Below, piece after piece: positions 12,350-24,500 of a stretch of DNA of 64,000 nucleotides. Below the pieces are notes generated by a model that worked only from the letters and a program-made list of their open reading frames with translations, was not told the DNA's origin and did no database searches. The position numbers and the translations under genes are program-made. The DNA is taken from NCBI GenBank assembly GCA_951406725.2, contig OX597816.1:150164001-150228000 (forward strand). The letters run 5' to 3'. Origin of the DNA: Octopus vulgaris (lineage: Eukaryota). Each line of letters begins with the position of its first letter. The first letter of the stretch is position 1.

Positions 12350-12583
12350 TATATGGCCGATGCCAGTACCCTCTGACAGGCCCCCATGCCAGTGGCACGT
12401 AAAAAGCACTGTCTGAATGTGATCGATGCCAAGCCTGCCTGACTGGCTCCTGTGCCAGAATGGTTGGCATTAGGAAGGGCATCCAGCTGTAGAAACATTG
12501 CCAGATCAAATTGGAGCCTGATGCAGCCTCCTGGCTCTCCAGACCTCAGTCAAACCCATGCCAGCATGGAAAACGGACGTTAT

Positions 12584-12615
<32 letters not shown>
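12350..12615 (+). mobile_element. RTE LINE 3' tail ending (GAT)n
   Basis: TGGCACGTAAAAAGCAC subrepeat, GGAAGGGCATCCAGCTGTAGAAAC and an (ATG)n tail. Confidence 0.88.
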
Positions 12616-12617
<2 letters not shown>

Positions 12618-12806
12618 ATGATCAAAAATGTTCCAGCTATAACTATCACATCACTTTTTCAAATGTTGCTTATCTTAAACTACATTATACAATGTGTTAT
12701 TTTAAAGGTGGTGTGGTGTGAGTTGAGGGTGTTTTGACTGCTTTTTAAAATTCAAATGTTTACATAAATGTTTACTTATTTGTTTGTCTGTATCTGTCTA
12801 TTTCAG

Positions 12807-12874
<68 letters not shown>
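12807..12874. repeat. (CT)n microsatellite
   Basis: Direct reading. Confidence 0.95.
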
Positions 12875-12876
<2 letters not shown>

Positions 12877-13094
12877 AATTTTGTGACTGAGGTAAGCAAA
12901 AGTAGGTACTTCAGTAGTATGTTTGGTGAAACAATAACTGAGATTAAACTAAATTGGTAGGTGATGAGGTGACTGACTGATTTCTTTAAATGTGTGTGTT
13001 GGAAATTGTTAGATCAGCCACCTACCAATTTAGTTAACACATTTGTCAGATAGATTATATTCTCACCAGGAAATGGAAAAGAAGGGCTGTTGTA

Positions 13095-15310
13095 AATACC
13101 AAAGCCTTCCTTTGCAAAGAATGCACTGCACAACACAGATTAGTGGCTAGTGGCTTTAGGGCCAGAACCAGGCAGATGCAGGAACATAACAGTATGGAAA
13201 AGGAAGATATGGAAACTAAAAGATCCCACAGTTGGGAATAGGTTTAGAGAAATACTAATTGACACATATGTGTAGCATAGAAGACAACTGGAAATTTCTA
13301 CAAGACAACCTACTTAGAGTTAGAGCAAAGTCCCAGCCAAACCAAAAGTAATATGGTGGTGGAATGACACAGCTGATATGTTGAATGTGGAGAATAAAGT
13401 GGATAAAGATAAGCTACCTCATGTTAACCCTACTGAGGGACCAGCAATTCAAGCTGACTGTAGCTTAGTAGACAAAGTGATTAAGGACAGAAAGAGAGAG
13501 AAAAATGCAGGTCCACCAAGGACAGTTGTGGAGATGCTCAAAATATTTGTGAAGTAGGATACATGATTACCACCTGAATAGCTAACCAAGTTATACAAGA
13601 AAGTGACATACTGGCATAGCAATATCATCATGAACTGCTACAAAGGTTAAGGAGGCATCTTAGAGAGAAGCTACTATAAAAGAATCAAGCTACTGATCTG
13701 CTTATGAAGGTCTGAGAAGAGAAAGTCAAACACTGATTGGTTTGTGACAGAGCAGATCTAGATGAGATGCAGAAAAAGTTCAGGGAGTTTCACTGCTGCA
13801 AACAACAAATTTCTTTGTCTGAAAATGAAGGGCAGATTGTATGATGCTTATTGTAGAACTGCAATGCTGCATGGTAGTGAGACACAGGTCTTGAATGAAG
13901 AGGACTTGAAAAGACAGAAAAGAAATGAAGTAAGCATGCTTCATTGGACATGCAATGTAAATGTGTATGAACAATAAATTACAAATGCACTGAGAGAAAA
14001 ACTGAACATAAGAAGATTCAGAAGTAATATACATGAAAGAAGCCTGCACTGGTAAGAACATGGGTGTATATGGATGAAGACAGCTGTATACAGAAGTGCT
14101 GATCAGTTAAGGTAGGTGGAGCTTGCAGAAGTGGGGAGAGTCAGAAAAACATGTTATGAAGTGGTGAAGGATTATGTCAGAACCTTGATCCTCTTGGAGA
14201 AGATCATATGGGGCCAGGATGACTGATGATATGCAGTTCTTGAGAAGACCCATTCAAGTCATGGAAAGTAATTTCTCAAAGTACAGCACTGTATGTATGT
14301 ATATATGTACAGCTGGATACTTTATCCAATTTCCTTCTTCAAAACACCCTCACCATCTTTCGTCTCTGTAAGTGCAGCTTTTCCTTGAAACGACTTATCT
14401 TTCTCACAACCTGGAACCATTTTACTCAATAGCCTCTCTCATCTTTAATAGTATCCTCCACCCACATTTTATACTGATTCTCCATCACTGAGTCACCAAA
14501 TCATCTCAACTCTATACCATATATCTCTCACACTCCACGTACCCTATGCCTCTACCACACACACTTTCACAACCTACCCAACCACTCATCATCCCCACTC
14601 TCTCTCATCCCTTCTTTATTTACATCCTAAATATTAATCATTATTATTCTGCTACTCTTCACCCACATGTACCATTGGTAATCCTCATCCTTTATCCTCC
14701 ATTCTCAACCCTCAATTCGATTTCTACAGTTGTCACCTTCTCTTCTCTTCCACTCCTACTCATCATCTGCTTAAAACTTATTCTTCATTCATTATAATTA
14801 TTCCCTCACTGATTTCCCATCTCTTACTCACCTGTACACACATGTAATCTTTACCAACCCACACTCCTTGTTATTTTGCCCACTCCCTTACCTCTACTCA
14901 CTTCATACATTGTGGGTTCACGCAGACGCCACATTACCATTACTTTTATCTCTTCCTATTCTATCTAGTTACCAATCCTTCTTCTTCTAAAATGTGAGTA
15001 TTCATGTAGACCCCCCCTCCTTGCAGCAAGAGACCTATTCAGCTCAGGATCCTTCTCTCATACATAGTTTAAGCTCTCATCCCTAAACATAAAGCTACCT
15101 CCCCTGAAGTTTGTAGTCTTGAAAGCTGCATGGCAGAATCACTAGAACTGGTGATACAAAAATAGCATCCACTACATACTGTCAAGTGTTTGGCATTAGG
15201 AAGAGCATCCAACTGTAGAAGCCATGCCAAAGTAGCTGATGCAGTCCTTGGACTCATTGGTTCCTTTGAAACTCCAACTCATGCCAGCATGGAACATGAA
15301 CTTTAAATGA
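13095..15310 (+). mobile_element. Internally deleted RTE-clade LINE (ORF remnants plus long 3' UTR)
   Basis: WKRKIWKLKDP, PKVIWWWND, KNAGPPRTVVEMLK, WHSNIIMNCYKG*GG..YKRIKLL and KGRLYDAYCRTAMLHGSET..RNEVSMLHWTCNV. ORF end at about 14250, then UTR and family tail ATGCCAGCATGGAAC..TTAAATGA. Confidence 0.85.
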
Positions 15311-17049
15311 CCAATTTCAAAATGTTGATAAAAAATGCAAAAGAGCCCATTTAACTATTAATGTTGGGCAAGTTTCTGTAACATGTTAGCACCAAGTTTT
15401 AAGAGTAGAGATGGTTTCAGATTCTAGTTTGCTCACTTATGACTAGCTTTTATGTATAAATTTACCCAGTTGAAAATCCATAAAAAATCTAACATCTTAT
15501 CTTTTTTTTCTTCTTTTTTGACATTTAATTTGACATCTGTTTAATGCTAGTAATGGATGCCACTTCTAAACTTGTGAATAATTGGTAAGTGTTTTATTAA
15601 CCCTTCTCCAGAATAAACTTGGTATACCTGACACAGCCCACTCATCAGAAGAACCACATATTTCTTTTTGCATAGTAAACTGATATGTTCTCAGCTAGTC
15701 ATCTCATTATTGCCTTCCACTAAATTCCTTAAATGACTTAAACAGTCATATCTATTTCTCCATACAACTTTCAAGATGGGTTACCAACTTCATTACGTCA
15801 AAACTAAAATTGCTACCTTTAAACTAGTAGCACTAGACAAGAAAGAAAAAAAACACAATATCATAAAATAAAAAAATTGTCTGCCAGACTTCCTCATCCT
15901 CATTTTTTAATTATTTATTTATTTATTGCATAGCAACAAACATACTTTTGGAATAAAAAAAATTAATATATATATGTCCAACTAAGTTTAGAGTTGCAAT
16001 TTTTCTTTTATAGCATTCTTCAATTTTCCTGTATAAATTATTTCAGAATTTAAGAACATTTAATGATTGATATTTTTAATGCTAAAATAGCCATATGGTT
16101 TGGACCATGATTAAAAGAAGACTATTTTGAAACTCCAAAAAGAAGGAAAAGAAGATGAAGAAAGAAGACTGAAGGAAGAGACTGAGGAAGATGGGGCTCA
16201 AGAAAAAACTAATTGAAGAAAATGAGAAAGACAAGCTTAAAATAAAAGAAAGAAAACTATGGAAACTATCTTAATACATGCAACAAGTATCAATTAATAA
16301 CTTTCACACAACTTTGAGTCTAGACCAGAAGGAGCTTCTCTTATGCAGTTGCACAAATTACTTCAAACAGCAGCCAAGTCACTCAACAAATTGCCTACTA
16401 TCTGTCAAGTAATTTAACATATGGTTCGACTCCTAAATCTCAGGACAATATTTTCCAGAGCAAAAATGGGAAAGAACTGCTAGAAGCTGACAAATTATTA
16501 TTTTATTAGCTAACTTTTAGCCAGCCTATGATAGGATATCAAGAAAATATAGTTGCTTCATAAAACCCAGAGAAAATTTCAAGAGCTGATGATCAATTAA
16601 GTCTATCATGGTGTTAACTCCTCTATTACCATACTTTTGCTGAAATACACTGCCTTTGTAATGAAGAATTTAGTAAAATAACTTCATTATTATTATCTAG
16701 TGTTTGGAACATAAATCAATGTGCAATTCCGATGGCTAGAATTAATTTATATCTGTTTAAAACAGGAAAAAACAAGAACAGTTGGTACTGAAAAAGTTCA
16801 ACAAGAAATAATTCTCTCTTTTGATACAGTGCTGGTCTAGCTAAGATTAACATTCCTAAACTTATTACCCATTCACAACAGTTATGGCTCCGAAATTTGT
16901 AGAACTAAGTATACTGCTGAAATACAAAGCAAAATAACTGCAGTTGATTTGAAATCCAACCATACAGATGGTAGTTCAAAATGCATATTCAAAAACTTTT
17001 AATTCTACATTTCTTATTTGCATTAGTACAATATATATCACAGTTACCC

Positions 17050-17448
17050 CACCTCCCAACACCATCACACCATACCACACAACACCACATCATATCACAT
17101 CACACCACCAAGCACACACTAGTACTGGCCACTTCCCAGCCCCACATCCACACACCTACACATCCACACATACATACACTCTTATACACACACACGCGCA
17201 CCTTCATTTTGGGATCACCACTACTTTATTTTCCCTTCTTCCTAGCTCTCCTGTGTGACCCCTCTGTCTGGTATTCACCATGATAGATCACTAGCCACCA
17301 CACATTCTTTATTTTCTCTCCTTGTTTCTTTCTGTGGGAGAGCATAGGCTCAAAATGTTAAGACTTATTCACTTCCTGAGTGTTAAACTAATACATGTTT
17401 GTTGTCTACACCACCTGTCTTCGTCTTTTGTGTTTTTGTGAATTCTCC
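17050..17448 (+). mobile_element. Penelope-like element 3' end, second copy
   Basis: Near-collinear with about 1760-2172 (CACACTAG.ACTG.CCACTTCCCAGC; TTTTGGGATCACCACTACT). Degenerate HHR at 17327-17364. Confidence 0.75.
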
Positions 17449-17570
17449 ATGCGCGTGCGTGCATGTGTGTGTATTTCACTTAATCATTGCAGAACTAATA
17501 ACCTGAGGTAGAACTCAATATATATATATATGCTTCAGAATAGAGTGTTAGATGAGTATAGAGTAGTAAC

Positions 17571-17760
17571 AAGAAAATGCGATGACAAAGGAATAAATGA
17601 TTATCTTATGAATTTCATCAGCTTACAACTGTTTCTGCTGTAAGATACAGTGGACTCACAGTTGAGTACTTGAATAACACCTTATAGCCTAATCAGAACC
17701 TGGAATAAGCTAATGAAGTTCATCAAATAATCATTTATTTCTTTGTCATCTTATTTCCTT
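17571..17760 (-). ncRNA. Degenerate type I hammerhead inside a PLE-type fold-back
   Basis: Minus strand: CTGATTAG-GCTATAAGGTG..TATCTTACAGC-A-GAAAC AGTT GTA-AGCTG. Inverted arms at 17581-17625 and 17706-17750. Confidence 0.65.
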
Positions 17761-17919
17761 ATATAGATATATATATAAATAAAAACTTACTTGGAGAAGA
17801 GGAAACGACACGTGGCGTTCAATCATGTAATAACAATTTAATAAATAAAACATATGCATACATACATACATATATGTACATACCTACATCTATATGTATA
17901 TATACATGCATATATGAGT

Positions 17920-18045
17920 ACAGGACACCACAAATAAACGTAGAACACAACGAGAAATAAAAACATAAAATCAAACAAGGAAACAGACTTTTTTTAACAA
18001 CGAAAAAACAGAGTACAAGACAAACAATACAAGGAATATTCCCCA
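17920..18045 (-). repeat. T-rich retroelement (probably PLE) tail fragment next to TA-rich repeat
   Basis: The minus strand is T-rich with TTGTGGTGTCCTG, similar in composition and context to the other PLE tails. No coding evidence. Confidence 0.35.
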
Positions 18046-18051
18046 TTATAT

Positions 18052-18210
18052 ATATAGTGCACCCCAATTTAGCATCAAATCTTGGTACAAAACTTTTACC
18101 CGTTATATCTTTAGTATTACCCCATATTTAAGTTGCACCCCAGTTTCTTCAGTTAAGATCAAATATAAAAAATATAAAATAGTGTAACTTATGCACAAGT
18201 AATTGTGATA
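18052..18210 (+). mobile_element. Tc2/pogo-like DNA transposon end fragment
   Basis: Repeated TATA(A)GT(T)GCACCCC motif and terminal GTAACTTATGCACAAGTAATTGTGATA, resembling GCGACTTATACACG..AA.TACGGTA ends. Confidence 0.35.
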
Positions 18211-19829
18211 TATATAGTCAGCATTTCTACAGTGCAAGGTTGACTCTCTAGCTTATATAAAAAAATGAAAATATTTACTGCTTAGTTCCTTCAGCGCAGC
18301 ACAGCAGTGTGTTTAGTTGAGTAACAGTGCATAACTGCTTAAGAACTTATAGTCTGTAAGGTTTGAACAAAATTTTATAGATATAGACAAAAATCAAATA
18401 GTGCATGGAGAAAACTGCTTAAGATTGGGGTTAAATGTTGTCATTTCTATTATACATACACATATATGTGTGTGTGTGTGTGTAAGAGTTGCATCTATTA
18501 ATAATGTGAAATGTTAGCAATATGTCTGGCAACTGATGAATTTCGCAATTTGTGTGCATGTATTCATGTTGAAATGAGTAAGAGATGAAAGGGAAAAGAA
18601 AGATAAAGGGAATGTATGTGTGTAAATGTGTTTGCACATATATTCTTGTGTGCTATGTAAATATTTATGTGTATATGTACCGATGTGCATGTATAGTATG
18701 CATATGTATCATGGCATGATTTAATATCTATAAAATTATGAACAGATATACATCTTCATTAATATAGCTTGACTTAAGAGTCATCAGTTATTCTGAAGAT
18801 TTACCTGATGTATTGAATCTTTGTGGAACAAGTAATAGTCTAATTTTATGAGTAGTAAGACCCCCCCCCCCCATACAGTGATTAACAGATAACACTTACA
18901 TGCAATAGCATTATCTGTAGGTATTGCTGAAAAGTTGTAAAGCTGAATTTACATTGCTGGTTCAAGTTCGGTTGAGCCAATTACTTTATTTACTCCTTGT
19001 ACTTAGTCTATTCTTGGATATATTCAAAAGCCAGAAGTTATCAGTGTACGTGAATGTGTATATACACACACACACATATTACTCAACATTTCTGCAGTGC
19101 AAGATTGACTGACTAGTTTACAGCTTTACACATAAAAAAACTGAAAACATTTGATACTTAGTTCCTTCAGCAGGGTAGTCATGAATTCAGTTGAATAGGA
19201 CATAACTGACCTTCACGTATGTTGACAAAAAAGCCATTTGTTTGTGGTCAAGTCATTTGAGGTTTATCAGCTAAAAAATTGCTGCTGATATTCTAGGTCT
19301 AGTGTAGTAAGAGGATGCCACCATGAAATCTTTCGCTCTCCTAGAAAAATCAGCCAAATCTTTTTCATAGCATACTTTTCAGTCTTAATAGAAAAGACAC
19401 ATTGGCTAATGTAGTCCAGAATATAGTTTGTTACAATAGTACTAAGAGTGCTATATAGCTCATAGGCAAAGAACAGATATTCTGTATTCTCATTTGAATT
19501 ATATTGCATGGAGATTAAGTATTCAGCAAAGCTAAATAGCTTATCATAGGTTGAAAGGTATCCTTTTATTATTTTTTTACTTGTCTGTCTGTCTATCTGT
19601 CTGTCTATCTATCTATCTATCTACTTTAGAATGTATCCAAGGGATTTTTAAAGCCAATATTGTATATTCTGACCAGTGTAAACAATACATGTCTACATAC
19701 AGTATTCTCATGAACAAGAAAACAAAGAATGGCCAGACATGCATGTTTCAATCCTCAATTGGAATTTCATCCTTGACAATGTTGTAAAGTGAACTTCCCT
19801 TCAATGCATGTCTCTACATACATACATAT

Positions 19830-20112
19830 TCTTTTACTTGTTTCAGTCTCTTTTACCAAACTGCTAAGTTACAGGGATATAAACACACCAACACCATTTG
19901 TCAAGTAGTAATGAAGGGACAAGCACAGACACACACACATATATATGAATATATACAATGGGCTTCTTTCAGTTTCCATCTACCAAATCCACTCACAAGA
20001 CTTTGGTTGGCCCAAGGCTATAGTTGAAGATACTTGCTCAAGGTGCTACACAGGGGGAGTGAATCCAGAACAATGCAGTTAGGAAGCAACCTGATTACCA
20101 CACAGCCACACC

Positions 20113-20113
<1 letters not shown>
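19830..20113 (-). mobile_element. SINE family A, internally deleted
   Basis: Reverse complement matches 39616-40030 (head GGTGTGGCTGTGTGGTAA; GGAAACTGAAAGAAGCCC). Confidence 0.85.
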
Positions 20114-20153
<40 letters not shown>

Positions 20154-20155
<2 letters not shown>

Positions 20156-20303
20156 TCTCTGTTTATTTCCTCGTGTTCCTTTCTGCTAAAGAGCATAGGC
20201 TCGAAATGTAAAAGACTTTCTCGCCTTCCCGAGTGTCAGACTAATACACCGGCTTGTTGTTTATACACCTGTCTTCGTCATTTGTTTTTCTGTAAATTTC
20301 AAC

Positions 20304-20305
<2 letters not shown>
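20154..20305 (+). mobile_element. PLE pLTR fragment with HHR-like motif, embedded in (TA)n
   Basis: CTTT-CTGCTAA-A-GAGC ATAG GCTC-GAAA-TG-TA-AAAG at 20179-20214. Homologous to 2030-2175 and flanked by (TA)n on both sides. Confidence 0.7.
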
Positions 20306-20352
<47 letters not shown>

Positions 20353-20415
20353 GGCGGTGCCCCAGCATGGCCACAGCTCATGAGCTGAAACTAGAATCAA
20401 TCAATCAATCAATCA

Positions 20416-20449
<34 letters not shown>

Positions 20450-20585
20450 TAGATATATAGATAGATAGATAGATATATATACAAATATAGATATATAGAG
20501 ATATATAGATATACATACAGACAGATAGACAGACAGATAGATAGACAAGCAGACAGATATTTATATAGACAGACAGACAGATCAA
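20306..20585. repeat. Compound microsatellite (TA)n, (AATC)n, (AGAT)n/(AGAC)n with a short SINE tail at 20352-20395
   Basis: Direct reading. GGCGGTGCCCCAGCATGGCCACAG matches the SINE A tail. Confidence 0.9.
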
Positions 20586-20589
20586 TGAT

Positions 20590-20845
20590 ATAGAAGGGAT
20601 TGAACAACATTACTTAAAATCACTACAATTGTTTTAACACATTTTTACAGTTTATAGTATATTGGTGAGACAGTATAATTAACATCTAGTGTAATCATTA
20701 TCATCCATCAAAGATGCTATAAAGATGATAGTGGTTACACAATATGCTAATTATATCATCTCACCAATGTACTACAAGTGTAAAAATGTGTTGAAACAAT
20801 TGAAGTAATTCTTAAATAAAGAATGTCATTCATTCCATTTTCTAT
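20590..20845. repeat. Long imperfect palindrome (PLE/HHR-derived fold-back)
   Basis: Arms at about 20590-20705 and 20724-20845. Each carries an outward-facing (G)AAAC AATT G(T/A)A. Confidence 0.8.
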
Positions 20846-21024
20846 TATTCATCTATTTATATAAACTCTACTGATACTATGACATATCTTGACATATACC
20901 CAGTAGCAAGAGCATTTCCCCTGTATGATGACATCTGGTGGCCAATAACTGTGGACAAGCATTGCATAGCATACTACAAGGGTTTTAACCAAATCTTATT
21001 TAACTTTATATATATTTATATTGT

Positions 21025-21530
21025 GCAGTTAAGAGAAATTTGCATTACAACAGCATGGTTTGAAGTTCAGTCTCACTGCATAGTACCTTGGGTGTCTTTT
21101 ATTCTAGCCGTTGCCACCTAATGCATTGTAAATTAATTTGGTAGAAAGAAACTATGCAGATATTTATCATATATATGTGTGTGTTTGTGTGTGTGCATTT
21201 GAGCATCTTTGTGTTTGTATCTCACTACTTGACATTAGTGTAAGTTTGTTTATGTCTCCACAAAGAGACTAATAGAACATGTACCAAACATAAAGTGCTG
21301 GAGTAAATATGACTACAAAAAGCCTTTGAGGTAGTGCTCTAGCAACCTCACTAGAGGAGCCTTGAGAAAAGCACCCTGTGTGTTCTATGTAGTGGTTGGT
21401 ATTAAAAAGTGCATCCAGTCACAGAAACCATGACAAAACTGGATGCCCTCTGACCCAGTGGATCCTGTTAAACCATAGAATCCATGCCAACATAGAAAGA
21501 AGATATGAAATTATGACGATCATGATGATG
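21025..21530 (+). mobile_element. Degenerate SINE A followed by RTE tail
   Basis: GTTCAGTCTCACTGCATAGTACCTTGGG, then GTGGTTGGTATTA..GCATCCAG..CCATGCCAACAT..GATGATG. Confidence 0.7.
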
Positions 21531-24500
21531 CATTGACAATTTTAAGCTAATTTATATTTCTATGAAGGAATAGCAAATATGGTTTGTGAAGATATGGGAA
21601 TTTTCATATTTTTAGAGAGCAAGAAACATAAAGTGATGAAAATTGTCTACATTACTGGTTTAATTTCAGTTGAGCCGATTTACTTTACATAGTCTATTTC
21701 TGGATATATTCAATAGCTTGGTGGGGGATAGAAACTAGAAACTACTAAACTGTCTTATTCTTGATACATAACATGAAGATAAAACCTTGGGTGGTTACAT
21801 AATGACCTATTGATATTGTTAGAGTAAATGTTTTCTTTTAGATAAACAGGAAGCACTAAACCCAGATGCTTTAAAGCATCTGGTATAGCTAGCTACTATT
21901 TTCACTGTCTATGTTGATTTTGAATACATATTTTAATTGTTTTACACCCATTTATTTTGCTAGGTTAGTGTATGTGTGATAATTTGAAACATTTAGATAT
22001 TGCTGTTAGAGTAATTTTGACAGAAGCATCTTTTGTAATGATGACTTTTCATCCACTCATATTAAGGCAAGAAGAGTGATATATTTTTGTGGACAGAAAA
22101 TAATGTTTAAATTCCTGAGCTCATGCTGTTAGTAATCCTAGCCCCTTAACTTCATAGTCATTGTGCTTGTGTAAACAATATTTATTACATAGGCACAAGG
22201 CCTCATATTTATAATGGAAGAAGGATGTATTTGTGTGATGCTTTATGGAAATCATCAAGGTCCAAAGGAATCAATAAAATGGTTACAGTAAGAAATAAAA
22301 CTAGATGATAGAATTGACTTGTTAAGAGATTACTTTCCAATATAAAGCAGTTAATTGCATTATAAGAAAATATAAATTATTCAACATAGGGACAGACATG
22401 AAAACATTGGATTTTAGAGATTTAATAATGCAGAATCCAAATTCATAGGAATATGGTGTGTAGCAAACTTGTCCATCTCATTCTAGAATAGGAAAAACAA
22501 ACAAGTCATTGAAATGATGCTGCTGATGACAATGATGAAACATATATGCACTCACTAGCTCACAGATATGCTGTTTCTTCTCTCTAGTTCTTCTACCACT
22601 GTTATAGTCTTTGCTCCTCTGAAGCTAATAGTTTTATAGTCTGTCCAATCAAATATTTCTTTCTTTCAATATTCTGCTGTGTCACACTTCTCATATGCAG
22701 CACTAAACACTCCTTCCTTCTCAGAACAGCATACCTTCTGAATCCCACATCTACTCACATTTTTCCATCAGATGTTGCATCACTGATGATGAATCGAAAT
22801 GTCTACATTGATCTCACCAATATGGGAGAATAAATTGCAGGTAATCATGGACCTGTTTGTCTCCCTCTAAGTCACTTGTAAAAAAAATTTAATTATCAAA
22901 ACATCTTCGTCCAAGGGTTTATTTATACAACAAAAATATTGATCCCTACAAGATGTTATATACACAGAACATATTATATGCATGTATACATTAATATGTA
23001 AATGGTATTAAAAGGTTCAGCCAGAGAGAAACCTCAGAAATAAGTGTTCTATTAATATTTCAAGTATCTTTTTTGTTCTTTTTTTTCTTTTTAAGTAGGA
23101 ATAATGAATGAATTATTACTAAGTAAAAAGAGAAAATATAGTGTAAAGTGGAATTGGAAAATAGAAAAACAGTTATCAATATATAAACTATACAAAAATA
23201 TGTTAAAAATGCTAATGCAGAGGTACAGATGGCTAGGTAGGACTCTTTTAGCAGGATGTGTTCAGGTGGGAAATTGTGACACTATAAATTACAACGGACA
23301 GTAAAATAGTAATCAAATCCCCAAAGCACAATATATTTATTATGTACTACATATTGACTGACAATAGCACATATCACTTTTTCAGACCTAGTAATGGAAT
23401 ATTGATGCTGAGTAAATCGTGAGCAAATTTTCTAAAGTATATTAACAGTAGTATAAGCAATGTAGACAACACAACTTTCTTGCTTACCCCCACCACTGTT
23501 AATACTATTGTTGCAACCATTGCTACAGAACACAAAGTGCTAATGTTGAAAAGGAACCAAAAGAAGAAGAAAAGATAAAATGACTAAAGAAGACTTATCA
23601 ATTATAATTTATTTATTCTATGAATGTATGTATGAATATCTTTAATGAAACACTACAATTTGAGGACTGACCACTATACATGGTGCCATTAAGCAATAAT
23701 GTTGTGTGGGATAAAGTATAAAAATAATATAAGTCTATCCTAAGTGCCAAGGAACTTTTTATGGTCAATACATTGCTTTGCTACCTATCACTTTTTTTTC
23801 TTCTTTTTTTGTATTTAAAAATAAATGTGGTTGAATGGAGCAGTGTCCAGCCTGAACACCTGCAAATCAATGTCTTCAGAAAAAAATAATGAATAAGGAA
23901 GGAATAAAAAGGAGGGAGACCTCTTGAGTTTCAACAGACCAAGTGGTCTGATCTGGTTGAAACTTGTGCAACAGACCATGCAATGGTATTAAACTCAATG
24001 GCATGAGGGGCTTAGAAGATTTTCTATTTTGGACAGCATAGGAACATTGCCAGAGAATCTACTATCTATTCCCATGACCAGGTGAATTAAGGTATGTTGA
24101 ATTTAGTGTAGTGGCCCAAAACACAACTTAACAGCAATTGAAGCAATGCAGGAAAATACATGTGACTGCTCAAACTGCAAGAAATAACAACCAAATCATA
24201 TCCTACTATTTTTCAAAGGGAAAAATTGGATAATATAATCTTGTAAACCTGAATAAAAAAATGATATTGTCACAGACGATTTGATCAATTAAAGTTGATC
24301 TGAGGCTAACCAACAGTGTCTGCTGTGAATTTAAGACATTTAAGTTGATGGTTAAATAGCACATCAATTCAACTATTTTATTTCTAATGTTGTTGTTTAG
24401 CAACGGGTCTATTCAGATTGAGCAAATCTCTCATTAAAGACATCCCAGCCATAATTATTGCTTCTCTTTTCTTTCAGGCATAGTATATTATGTCCTTTCC

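Noticed and set aside
22770-22812. CTGATGA-TGAATC-GAAA-TG-TC hammerhead-like string
   Set aside because: Stem II is too short and there is no adjacent stem I pairing.
23927-23964. Small bulged hairpin ending GAAAC
   Set aside because: Too short to interpret, with no HHR core upstream.
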